From Mobula hypostoma (Eukaryota): 64,000 nt of DNA. Of this stretch, positions 1 to 13,400 are shown in pieces. The stretch covers positions 116,004,001 to 116,068,000 of the forward strand of contig NC_086107.1 of the NCBI RefSeq assembly GCF_963921235.1. The letters are read 5' to 3'. The position numbers were made by a program, and so were the translations under genes. Position 1 is the stretch's first letter. The number at the start of each line of letters is the position of its first letter. Below the pieces are notes generated by a model that was given only the letters and a program-made list of their open reading frames with translations, was not told where the DNA came from and made no database searches.

Positions 1-529
1 GCCTCGGGACAACTGGGAGGTGGTTGGGATAGATCAGTTCTTCACTCTAGACCATTGAAGGGTAGATTGGAGGCAGAGTAGAGGTTGCTGTGGTGTCCAG
101 ACCATAGGGATGGTGGAGGTATTTTGGCCATTGGGGGAGAGATTGGGGAATAAGGGCTGGGTTGGGTTCAAGACCATTGTCGGAGGTTGGGGAGGTGCTT
201 TGTTCTCAGGACCAGTCTCTCCTCACAGAGCCGGAGGGATTAATCGCAGCAACCACTGTAAGGATAGACCTGGGGAGGACCTCCACTTAATGTCTGAAAT
301 CCCTCAGGAGACTCCCTTCCCTCAATTCAACACCTCCTACATCGCACCATCACCCTCAGCCCCTGACCACAGGGGGAGGGGTGGGACCTCTGTGATGTCA
401 GGGGTCTATTCTGACATCAAGGCTTTAATCTCCCTGGCCCCTACATCCTCTGGGATGTTTCCCCATGGATCAGGTGGATAGGTGTTCAGAACGGAGACCA
501 GATGTGAGTGCGGACAATGCCAAGGGAAC

Positions 530-1212
530 TTCACTCTGTGTCTGACCCCGGGAGTGTGTGATGGAGGGTGTGTCACTCTGTGTCTGACCCTGGGAGTTTG
601 TGATGGGACGGTGTGGAGGGAGATTCACTCTGTGTCTGACCCCGGGAGTGTGTTGATGGTTCGGTGTGGACCGAGCTTCACTCTGTGTCTGACCCCGGGA
701 GTGTGTGATGGGACGGTGTGGAGGGAGATTCACTCTGTGTCTGACCCCAGGTGTGTGTGATGGGACGGTGTGGAGGGAGATTCACTCTGTGTCTGACCCC
801 GGGAGTGTGTTGATGGTTCGGTGTGGACCGAGCTTCACTCTGTGTCTGACCCCGGGAGTGTGTGATGGGACGGTGTGGACCGAGCTTCACTCTGTGTCTG
901 ACCCCGGGAGTGTGTGATGGGACGGTGTGGAGGGAGATTCACTCTGTGTCTGACCCCAGGTGTGTGTGATGGGACGGTGTGGAGGGAGCTTCACTCTGTG
1001 TCTGACCCCGGGAGTGTGTGATGGGACAGTGTGGAGGGAGATTCACTCTGTGTCTGACCCCGGGAGTGTGTGATGGGACGGTGTGGAGGGAGCTTCACTC
1101 TGTGTCTGACCCCGGGAGTGTGTGATGGGACAGTGATGAGGGATATTCATACTGTGTCTGACGACGGGAGTGTGTGATGCTATGGTGTGGTGAGAGATTC
1201 ACTCTGTGACTG
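530..1212 (+). repeat. 52-bp minisatellite (tcactctgtgtctgaccccgggagtgtgtgatgggacggtgtggagggagct)
   Basis: About 13 tandem copies read directly. Confidence 0.95.
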
Positions 1213-1426
1213 ATGGCAGGGTTAGGGGTGATATCCAGTAATCAAACTTCCTGACTGACGTGCCCACTGGTTGTGTTGTGTCTGTTGGTGGACAGGAATG
1301 TGGTGTAGAGGAGGAAGAACTGGATGTTCATGAGAGCTGACGGCACAGCTAAAGAGTGGAGTGGCAACGGGAGGCAGAGCACGGACATTAACAGCAGACC
1401 CCTGTAACCGCTGCTATCCAACCAGC

Positions 1427-1468
1427 ATGCTGTTGTATCTACTCGTCAGCCTGCTGGGGATCAGTGTG
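1427..1468 (+). CDS. Orphan gene coding exon 1 ([14 protein letters not shown])
   Basis: agcATGc start, hydrophobic peptide, donor gtgagt at 1469 (phase 0); possible upstream acceptor at 1295. Confidence 0.7.
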
Positions 1469-4400
1469 GTGAGTATTCAGGTAGTGATTGTGTGTGAGAG
1501 AGAGAGAGGGGGAGAGGAATGGTGAGGGAGATAAATAGAGAACTGGTGAGAGAGGGGGAAATGGAGGGAGGGAGAGAGAGAGAATGAGAGAATGTCAGCG
1601 TGCCTGGAGGGTGTGGCAGAGAGGAAGAGAGGAAAGTGACAGAATCAGAGAGAGGTGGAGTTGGGGAGAGAGAGTGATAGAAATAATCAGGAGAAAGTGA
1701 GGATAGAAGTACACTGTGGGAGGGAGAAATTTAGTGAAATGCACAGAGGGAGGGGATATGTCAATGGACCCAGCGAGGGAAAGCCTCTGCTCTGGACCAG
1801 TGGGTAGAGGGGGAGGAGGGAGGCACTCACAGTGAGGTGTATCTGACAGAACTTGGGGGATACTTAACGAAGCCTTCCTCCCGTCTCCCACAGCTCTTGG
1901 CCATCGCCCTCTACCTGATCAGAGGTCGGTCCCATTCCCAACAGCTTCCCGAGGTGTCCCGGCTGGATGCTGAACAGGATCTCATGCAGTCAAATATTGT
2001 GTTTGGGTTAGTATTATAACCTCTTCTCCCGTCCATCTACACGAGGACAGTGTAACAGGATGGTGTGGAGGGAGCTTCGCTCTGTGTCTGACCCCGGGAG
2101 TGTGTGATGGGACGGTGTGGAGGGAGTTTCACTCTGTCTGACCCCGGGAGTGTGTGATGGGACGGCGTGGAGGGAGATTCACTCTGTGTCTGACCACGGG
2201 AGTGTGTGATGGGACGGCGTGGAGAGAGATTCACCCCGTGTCTGACCCCGGGAGTGTGTGATGGGACGGTGTGGAGGGAGTTTCAGTCTGTGTCTGACCC
2301 CGGGAGTGTGTGATGGGACGGTGTGGAGGGAGCTTCACTCTGTGTCTGGCTCTTGGAGTGTGTGATGGGACAGTGCAGAAGGAGTTTCACTGTGTCTGAC
2401 CCCGGGAGTGTGTGATGAGACGGTGCGGAGGGAGATTCACTCTGTGTCTGACTCCGGGAGTGTGTGATGGGACAGTGTGGAGGGAGATTCACTCTGTGTC
2501 TGACCCCGGGAGTGTGTGATGGGACGGTGTGGAGGGAGCTTCACTCTGTGTCTGACCCCAGGAGTGTGTGATGGGACGGTGTGGATGGAAATTCACTCTG
2601 TGTCTGACCCCGGGAGTGTGTGATGGGACGGTGTGGAGGTAGTTTCACTCTGTGTCTGACCCCGGGAGTGTGTGATGGGACGGTGTGGAGGTAGTTTCAC
2701 TCTGTGTCTGACCCTGGGAGTGTGTGATGGGACGGTGTGGAGGTAGTTTCACTCTGTGTCTGACCCCGGGAGTGTGTGATGGGACGGTGTGGAGGTAGTT
2801 TCACTCTGTGTCTGACCCCGGGAGTGTGTGATGGGACGGTGTGGAGGGAGTTTCACTCTGTGTCTGACCCCGGGAGTGTGTGATGGGACGGTGTGGAGGT
2901 AGTTTCACTCTGTGTCTGACCCCGGGTGTGTGTGATGGGACGGTGTGGAGGGAGTTTCACTCTGTGTCTGACCCTGGGAGTGTGTGATGGGACGGTGTGG
3001 AGGGAGATTCACTGTGTCTGACCCTGGGAGTGTGTGATGGGACGGTGTGGAGGGAGATTCACTGTGTCTGACCCTGGGAGTGTGTGATGGGATGGTGTGG
3101 AGGGAGATTCACTGTGTCTGACCCTGGGAGTGTGTGATGGGACGGTGTGGAGGGAGCTTCACTCTGTGTCTGACCCCGGGAGTGTGTGATGGGACGGTGT
3201 GGAGGGAGCTTCACTCTGTGTCTGACCCCGGGAGTGTGTGATGGGACGGTGTGGAGGAAGTTTCACTCTGTGTCTGACCCTGGGAGTGTGTGATGGGACG
3301 GTGTGGAGGGAGTTTCACTCTGTGTCTGACCCCGGGAGTGTGTGATGGGACGGTGTGGAGGAAGTTTCACTCTGTGTCTGACCCTGGGAGTGTGTGATGG
3401 GACGGTGTGGAGGGAGCTTCACTCTGTGTCTGACCCTGGGAGTGTGTGATGGGACGGTGTGGAGGGAGCTTCACTCTGTGTCTGACCCCGGGAGTGTGTG
3501 ATGGGACGGTGTGGAGGAAGTTTCACTCTGTGTCTGACCCTGGGAGTGTGTGATGGGACGGTGTGGAGGGAGATTCACTCTGTGTCTGACCCCGGGAGTG
3601 CGTGATGGGACGGTGCGGAGGGAGTTTCACTCTGTGTCTGACCCTGGGAGTGTGTGATGGGACGGTGTGGAGGGAGCTTCACTCTGTGTCTGACCCTGGG
3701 AGTGTGTGATGGGACGGTGTGGAGGGAGCTTCACTCTGTGTCTGACCCCGGGAGTGTGTGATGGGACGGTGTGGAGGAAGTTTCACTCTGTGTCTGACCC
3801 TGGGAGTGTGTGATGGGACGGTGTGGAGGGAGATTCACTCTGTGTCTGACCCCGGGAGTGCGTGATGGGACGGTGCGGAGGGAGTTTCACTCTGTGTCTG
3901 ACCCTGGGAGTGTGTGATGGGACGGTGTGGAGGGAGCTTCACTCTGTGTCTGACCCTGGGAGTGAGTGTTTTTCACTGTATATCAATTTTTCTTGCAGCA
4001 ACGTATCGGGAAAAGTGGAAACACCAGATTCTAGTGAGGTGTTTAATGAGTTGGTCACATTTCAGGTCTGTATCCATAGATCTTTTGTTCTATCCTGTAA
4101 ATTGCTCTTATTTCTGTTTACCCCCTCATCCTGTCTCTCAGTCTTGGTCCCCACCTTGCCCTCTTCCCCAGCCCCTTCCTCTCCCTGGCCCCCCTCTCTC
4201 TCATCCATCCCTAACCCCTCTTCTCCATGTCTCCTCCCCGCCATTCCCCTCCATCACTCGCTGAGGTGGCTCTAACACTGTGCTCCCTGCAGTCTTCATT
4301 AGGTGACGATCACTCTTTGCTGCTGCGAAGATCGAAACAGCGTTCCCTCCTCTCACGGCTCAAGCTGTCCACATTCAAATCAAAGAAAGGTGAGAAGTGA

Positions 4401-7400
4401 TCTGTGCCCCTCCCAGGACATGGATTCCTTGTTAATCCTGTGTCAGTGTGTCTCCCTGCTCACCACCTTTCTTACTCATAGCGTGACTCTGCCTCTGACT
4501 CCTACTGCACAGTCAGGTCGTGATCCGGGTTGTGCTGATGGTTGAAGGGAAGTCACTGTTCCTGAACCTGGTGGTGTGAGACGGCAGGCTTCTGTACCTC
4601 CTGCCCGCCCGATGAGAGCTGTGAGAGGATGGCACGGCCCAATGGTGGGGATTTCGACGGTGGACGTTGCCTTCCTGAGGCAGCCCCCACCCCGTAGGTA
4701 CTCCCGAGGTTGGAGAGGGACGTGCCCATGATGTAATCTGCTGAGACAGCTCTGCTCTCCGCTGCAGATTCCTGTATTCCTACACTTGACCTGCTGCACC
4801 AGACCTGACGTGGCCAGTCAGGGCACTTCCTACAGAACCTCTGTAGAGGTTGGTTAGAGTGTCCAGTGACAAGCTGAAACTGCTAAGAAACTAAAGAGGC
4901 TGGCATGCCTTCCTGGTGATTGTATCAGTGTGCTGGGCACAGCATAGGCCACCCAAGAAATTAAACCTGCCGACTCTCTCTACCACCAATTCCCGGTCAC
5001 GTTCGCCCTCCTCCCCCTGGTGCTCAACAGTTTTGCTGATGTTGAGCAAGTGGTCTGTCATCAAAACCTCTGGCAATTTTCTATAGATATACGTGGAGAG
5101 CACTGTGACTGGTCACATCACCACCTGGTCCGCAGCTCCAACGCACAGGACTGATTGAAGCTGCAAAGGGTTAGCCACCTCCGTCACGACACATCCCTCC
5201 GTCACGACACATCCCTCCATCACATCCCTCCGTCACGACACATCCCTCCATCACATCCCTCCGTCACGACACATCCCTTCATCACGACACATCCCTCCGT
5301 CACATCCCTCTGTCACGGCACATCCCTCCATCACATCCCTCCGTCACGACACATCCCTTCATCACGACACATCCCTCCGTCACATCCCTCCGTCACGACA
5401 CATCCCTCCATCACATCCCTCCGTCACGACACATCCCTTCATCACGACACATCCCTCCATCACATCCCTCCGTCACGACACATCCCTTCATCACGACACA
5501 TCCCTCCGTCACATCCCTCCGTCACGACACATCCCTCCATCACATCCCTCCGTCACGACACATCCCTTCATCACGACACATCCCTCCGTCACATCCCTCC
5601 ATCACGGCACATCCCTTCATCACATCCCTCCGTCACGACACATCCCTTCATCACGACACATCCCTCCGTCACATCCCTCTGTCACGACACATCCCTCCAT
5701 CACATCCCTCCGTCACGACACATCCCTCCATCACATCTATCCGTCACGACACATCGCTCCATCACATCCCTCCGTCACGACACATTGCTCCATCACATCC
5801 CTCCGTCACGACACATCCCTTCATCACGACACATCCCTCCATCACATCCCTCCGTCACGACACATCCCTCCATCACATCCCTCCGTCACGACACATCCCT
5901 TCATCACGACACATCCCTCCGTCACGACACATCCCCCCGTCACATCCCTCTGTCACGGCACATCCCTTCATCACGTCACATCCCTCCGTCACGACACATC
6001 CCCCCGTCACATCCCTCTGTCACGGCACATCCCTCCATCACGGCACATTCCCCCGTCACATCCCTCCGTCACGACACATCCCTCCGTCACATCCCTCTGT
6101 CACGACACATCCCTTCATCATGACACATCCCTCCGTCGCGACACATCCCCCCGTCACATCCCTCCATCACGGCACATTCCCCCGTCACATCCCTCCGTCA
6201 CGACACATCCCTTCGTCACGACACATCCCTCCGTCACATCCCTCTGTCACGACACATCCCTCCGTCACATCCCCCCGTCACGACACATCCCTCCGTCACG
6301 ACACATTCCCCCGTCACATCCCTCCGTCACGACACATCCCCCCGTCACATCCCTCCATCACGGCACATCCCTCCGTCACATCCCCCCGTCACGACACATC
6401 CCTCCGTCACGACACATCCCCCCGTCACATCCATCCATCACGGCACATTCCCCCGTCACATCCCTCCGTCACGACACATCCCTCCATCACATCCCTCTGT
6501 CACGGCACATCCCTCCGTCACGTCCCTCTGTCACGGCACATCCCTCCATCACATCTCTCCGTCACGGGCACATCCCTCCGTCACATCCCTCCGTCTCGAC
6601 ACATCCCTCCGTCACGACACATCCCTCCGTCACGACACATCCCTCCATCACATCCCTCCATCACATCCCTCTGTCACGGCACATCCCTCCATCACATCCC
6701 TCCGTCACGACACATCCCTCTGTCACGGCACATCCCTCCGTCACATCCCTCCGTCACGACACATCCCTTCATCACGACACAACCCTCCGTCACAACACAT
6801 CCCTCTGTCACGGCACATCCCTCCATCACAGCACATTCCCCCGTCACATCCCTCCGTCACGACACATCCCTCTATCACATCCCTCCATCACGGCACATCC
6901 CTCCGTCACGACACATCCCTCCATCACGACACATCCCTCCGTCACGACACATCCCTCCATCACGGCACATCCCCCCGTCACATCCCTCCGTCACGACACA
7001 TCCCTCCATCACGGCACATCCCCCCGTCACGACACATCCCTCCGTCACATCGCTCCGTCACGACACATCCCTCCATCACGGCACATCCCCCCGTCACATC
7101 CCCCCGTCACGACACATCCCTCCGTCACATCCCTCCATCTCGACACATCCCTCCGTCACGACACATCCCTCCGTCACATCGCTCCGTCACGACACATCCC
7201 TCCGTCACGGGCACATCCCTCCGTCACATCCCTCTGTCACGGCACATTCCCCCGTCACATCCCTCCATCACAGCACATCCCTCCGTCACGGGCACATCCC
7301 TCCGTCACAACACATCCCTCCATCACATCCCTCCGTCACTACACATCCCTCCATCACGACACATCCCTCCGTTACGACACATCCCTCCGTCACATCTCTC

Positions 7401-10400
7401 CGTCACGACACATCCCTCCGTCACATCCCTCCGTCACGGCACATCCCTCCACCACATCTCTCCGTCACGACACATCCCTCCATCACATCCCTCCGTCACA
7501 TCCCTCTGTCACGGCACATCCCTCCATCACATCTCTCCGTCACGGGCACATCCCTCCGTCTCGACACATCCCTCCGTCTCGACACATCCCTCCGTCACGA
7601 CACATCCCTCCGTCACATCCCTCCGTCACGACACATCCCTCCGTCACGACACATCCCTCCGTCACGATACGTCCCTCCGTCACGACACATCCCCCCGTCA
7701 CGACACATCCCTCCATCACGTCCCTCCGTCACGACACATCCCTCCATCACGTCCCTCCGTCACGACACATCCCTCTGTCACGTCCCTCCGTCACGACACA
7801 TCCCTCCGTCACGGCACATCCCTCCGTCACGACACATCCCTCCGTCACGGCACATCCCTCTGTCACGACACATCCCTCCGTCACGACACATCCCTCTGTC
7901 ACGGCACATCCCTCCGTCTCGACACATCCCTCCATCACATCCCTCCGTTACGACACATCCCTCCATCACATCCCTCTGTCACGACACATCCCTCCGTCAC
8001 GGCACATCCCTCCATCACGTCCCTCCGTCACGTCCCTCCATCACGGCACATCCCTCCGTCATGGCACATCCCCCCGTCACGACACATCCCTCCGTCACGG
8101 CACATCCCTCCGTCACGGCACATCCCCCCGTCACGGCACATCCCCCCGTCACGACACATCCCTCCGTCACGACACATCCCTCCGTCACGACACATCCCTC
8201 CATCACGACACATCCCTCCGTCACGATACGTCCCTCCATCACGTCCCTCCGTCATGACACATCCCCCCGTCACGACACATCCCTCCATCATGTCCCTCCG
8301 TCACGACACATCCCTCCGTCACGGCACATCCCCCCGTCACGGCACATCCCTCCGTCACGACACATCCCTCCGTCACGGCACATCCCTCCGTCTCGACACA
8401 TCCCTCCATCACATCCCTCCGTTACGACACATCCCTCCATCACATCCCTCTGTCACGACACATCCCTCCGTCACGGCACATCCCTCCATCACGTCCCTCC
8501 GTCACGTCCCTCCGTCACGGCACATCCCCCCGTCACGACACATCCCTCCATCACATCCCTCCGTCACGACACATCCCTCCATCACATACCCCCGTCACGA
8601 CACATCCCTCCGTCACGACACATCTCCCCGTCACGACACATCATTCCGTCACGGCACATCCCCCTGTCACGACACATCCCTCCATCACATCCCCCCGTCA
8701 CGACACATCCCCCCGTCACGACACATCCCTCCGTCACCGCGACATTTCCCCCCCCGTCACGACACATCCCTCCATCACATCCCTCCGTCACGACACATCC
8801 CTCCATCACATCCCTCCGTCACGACACATCCCTCCATCACATCCCTCCGTCACGACACATCCCTCCATCACATCCCTCCGTCACGACACATCCCTCCATC
8901 ACATCCCCCCGTCACGACACATCCCTCCATCACATCCCTCCGTCATGACACATCCCTCCATCACCACGACATCCCCCCCATCACGACACATCCCTCCGTC
9001 ACCGCGACATTTCCCCCCCCGTCACGACACATCCCTCCACCACATCCCTCCGTCACGACACATCCCTCCATCACATCCCCCCGTCACGACACATCCCTCC
9101 GTCACGACACATCCCTCCATCACGACACATCCCTCCGTCACGACACATCCCTCCGTCACGACACATCCCTCCGTCACGACACATCCCCCCGTCACGACAC
9201 ATCCCTCCATCACATCCCTCCGTCATGACACATCCCTCCATCACGACACATCCCTCCATCACGACACATCCCTCCGTCACGACACATCCCTCCGTCACGA
9301 CACATCCCCCCGTCACGACACATCCCTCCGTCACATCCCTCCATCACGACACATCCCTCCATCACATCCCCCCGTCACGGCACATCCCCCTGTCACGACA
9401 CATCCCTCCATCACATCCCCCCGTCACGACACATCCCCCCGTCACGACACATCCCTCCGTCACGGCATATCCCTCCGTCACGGCATATCCCTCCATCACC
9501 ACGACATCCCCCCCATCACGACACATCCCTCCGTCACCGCGACATTTCCCCCCCTCCCCCGTCACGGGATATCCCTCCATCACATCCCCCCGACACTGGC
9601 ACATCCCTCCCCAGCATCGACAACATCTTCAAGAGGCGATGGCTGAGAAGGCAGCATCCATCACTAAGGACCCTCACCAATAGAAAATGCCATTGGGGAG
9701 GAGTGGCCTGAAGACCCACAGTCCACAATTCAGGAACAACTTCTTCCTCTCCACCATCAGACGTCTGAATGGTTCTTGACCCATGACTACAACTTCACTT
9801 CCTTGATATTCCTCTTTCCAATTATTTATCATTGTGATTTAGTGTTTTTTTTATTTATTGAAGTGTACTGCTGTCCCAAAATAACAAATTTCACAACAAT
9901 TCAGAATCGGAAGGCAGAGGGGAAGAAGCTGTTCCTGAATCGCTGAGTGTGTGCCTTCAGTCTTCTGTATCTCCTACCTGACGGTAACAGTGAGAAAAGG
10001 GCATGTCCTGGGTGCTGGAGATCTTTAATAATGGACGCTGCCTTTCTGAGATACCACTCCTTGAAGATGTCCTGGGTATTTTGTAGACTAGTACCCAAGA
10101 TGGAGCCGACTAAATTTACAACCTTCTGCAGCTTCTTTCGGTCCTGTGCAGTAGCCCCTCCATACCAGACAGTGATGCAGCCTGTCAGAATGCTCTCCAC
10201 GGTACAACTATAGAAGTTTTTGAGTGTATTTGTTGACATGCCAAATCTCTTCAAACTCCTAATGAAGTATAGTCGCTGTCTTGCCTTCTTTATAACTGCA
10301 TCGATATGTTGGGACCAGGTTAGGTCCTCAGAGATCTTGACACCGAGAAACTTGAAGCTGCTCACTCTCTCCACTTCTGATCCCTCTGAGGATTGGTATG

Positions 10401-13400
10401 TGTTCCTCCGTCTTACCCTTCCTGAAGTCCACAATCAGCTCTTTCGACTTTCTGACGTTGAGTGCAGGGTTGTTTCTGTGACACCATTCCACTAGTTGGC
10501 ATATCTCACTCCTGTACGCCCTCTTGTCACCATCTGAGATTCTATCATCAGCAAATTTATAGATGATGTTTGAGCTATGCCTAGTCACACAGTCATGGGT
10601 ATAGAGAGAGTAGAGCAGTGGGCTAAGCACACACCCCCGAGGCGCACCAGTGTTGATTGTTAGCAAGGAGGAGATATTGTCAGCAATCCGCACAGATTGG
10701 ATCTTCTGATTAGGAAGTCAAGGATCCCATTGCAGAGGGAGGTACAGAGGCCCAGGTTCTGCAACTTCTCAAGCAGGATTGTGGGAATGATGGTATTAAA
10801 TGCTGAGCTATAGTTGATGAACAGCATCCTGATGTAGGAGTTTGTGTTGTCCAGGTGGTCTAAGGCTGTGTGGAGCGCCATTGAGGTTGCGTCTGCCATT
10901 GACCTACTGTGGCCATAGGCAAATTGCAATGAGTCCAGGTCCTCGCTGAGGCAGGAGTTCAGTCTAGTCATGACCAACCTCTCAAAAGCATTTCATCACT
11001 GTCGATGTGAGTGCTACCGGATGATAGTCATTAAGGCAGCTCCCATCTGTCAGTGATAACAAAGCTGATTTTGATTTGGCGTGCTTGCCGTTGTTGACCA
11101 AGGCCCAGAGGATGAGCTGGGATGTGACATTGTTTCTCAACAAGGCATTGGTCAGACCACACTTGGAATATTCTGGTCACCGCACTATAGTGGAGATATG
11201 GTAGCAACGATTCACCAGATTGTTTTCTGAAATGGAGGGTTGGAGATTGAACAGGTTGGGTTTGTATTCATGAGGATAGAAAGCTGAGGAGTGACCCTCA
11301 TTAAACAAGAGTGAATGAGCACAGTCCTTATCTCCAGGGGAGGGAAATCAGCAACCAGAGGGCATAGGTCACAGGTGAAAGGGGGACTCGAGGCAATTTT
11401 TTCCCCCAGAGGGTGGTCCGTATATGGAGAGAGCTGCCAGAGGAAGTGGATTAAGCAGATGTATTCACACATTTAAAACTACTGGGACAGGTTTGGAGGG
11501 ATATTGACCACATCCCCTTCAGGTTTTTAATCACCTGGCGTTGGTACTGGAGTTAAGCTCGCTCTACCAATTGGAAGCTCCCAATGGTGTGTGTCTCAGT
11601 TAGCCTCTGACAACCCATTACAGCTCCTGCCTTCAGTGTGGATTAGCTGCCAAGCCAGGAGGAAACGTTTCTACTGACGGGAGAAGGGGCAGAGGCGGGT
11701 TACTGGCGCCTTAAAAACAGTCGTTTCGGACAGATGGGGCTCATCTGCCGTAGTTGATGGCTCTTCTCGGGGAAGGAAAACGTTGATCTCAAACCTCCGC
11801 TGCCTTGCAGATATACCCACTGACGAGGTTGGTTTCAGGAGTGACCCTGAGGGAAAACCCAGAGCTGCAGTCCCTGAGACAATCCCATGCTGAATTCAAC
11901 ACTGACTGGCAACTGCTGCGACACGACACCGCTGGTGTCCAACTGCACTGGTCTTTGCCATTCCTTTTGATTCATCAGCTGTGTGGCAAGGGGCAGCTTG
12001 CTGTCCCTATCCTACCGCCCTGACTTCCATATCACGTGCACAACAACTGAGGGCCTCATTTGACCAAACACATGTAAATGGCACTGGCTTGGATGGGGAT
12101 CTGTGTCGGCACAGACTGACCGGGCTGTTAACTGCTGTATTACTCTGTGCATGGGGAGTGGAGCCCAACGGGAGGGGGGAGAGCAGTGGGACTGTGCACA
12201 TGCAGGCTGGGAAGTGGAGTCCAACAGGGAGAGGGGAGAGGGGAGAGCAGTGGGACTGTGCATGTGCAGGCTGGGAAGTGGAGTCCAACAGGGAGAGGGG
12301 AGGGGGGAGAGCAGTGGGACTGTGCATGTGCAGGCTGGGGAGTGGAGCCCGACGGGAGAGAGGAGAGCAGTGGGACTGTGCATGTGCAGGCTGGGAAGTG
12401 GAGTCCAACAGGGAGAGGGGAGAGGGGAGAGCAGTGGGACTGTGCATGTGCAGGCTGGGGAGTGGAGCCCGACGGGAGAGGGGAGAGGGGAGAGCAGTGG
12501 GACTGTGCATGTGCAGGCTGGGGAGTGGAGCCCGACGGGAGAGGGGAGAGGGGAGAGCAGTGGGACTGTGCATGTGCAGGCTGGGGAGTGGAGTTGTTGA
12601 CACGATGTGTTCTGGGGAGGAGCCACAATGATGGTTTTCTATGAGGTTTTCACTCTGTTGGCTCAGCTGACGGTCCTCTTCCTCCCCCTCTCTCCTCCCC
12701 ACTGGATTGACAGCCGAGTGGAGCCAAGGGTCCAAGGCTGCCCCCGAGAGGAGCATGGCTGACCTTTCCTCACTGGGAGAATCGGTGACCTCGCTGACCC
12801 AGGTTCCTGCCCCAGTCGGTCCGGGTGAGAAAGGTAAGGAGACTGCTTCACTCCAGGTTCCAGCACTGTCCTAACCCCACCTCTCCTCTGTCCCGCCCCA
12901 CCAACCACCCTTCTCACTCCCCGCTGATTGACCGCTAACCCCTGCCCCTGCCTCCAGCCTTCCTGTCCTGCTTCAGTCTGGGTTCAGTATTTCTGCACTG
13001 TCCTCCACCACAGCTCTGTCCAGCAGAGACCGGGCACTCGTTTTGCAGGAGTGGGTGGGGGTACCACGAGTGATGGCAAGGAATGGTTGTGGGCAAGTCA
13101 GTCTTTGCTGGTGTGATATGTCTGCTAACCTTTATCCCCCTGCACGACCCCTCCCAATCGCTCCTCCTGCCCCTCTCCCTCTCATCGTGCCACTCTCCCA
13201 CTGCCACATCCCTCCCCTTCCTCCCTCCTTCCCCTCCCCATTTCACCACCTCCTGATACCCTCTCAACTTCTCTCCTCTCATCCCCTTCCTCTCCTGCCC
13301 CACCTCTCCCACCCCTCCTTCCTGCCCCTCTGCCCACCCTTGCCCCTACCTCTCCCTACCCCCAGCAGCAGATAGGAGCAAGAGTCTGAAGCCTCCTCCA

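Noticed and set aside
110..481. 123-aa ORF at the window start
   Set aside because: No recognisable domain and no splice-compatible link to the downstream exons; cannot be supported.
5155..9683. Long His/Thr/Pro/Ser-rich ORFs, up to 942 aa
   Set aside because: These are translations of a minisatellite lacking stop codons, open in several frames, intronic and embedded in a dead LINE.
11520..12070. Non-tandem segment that may be an interspersed repeat (RTE-like 5' region)
   Set aside because: No diagnostic protein motif or termini that I can demonstrate from the sequence, so it is left unannotated.
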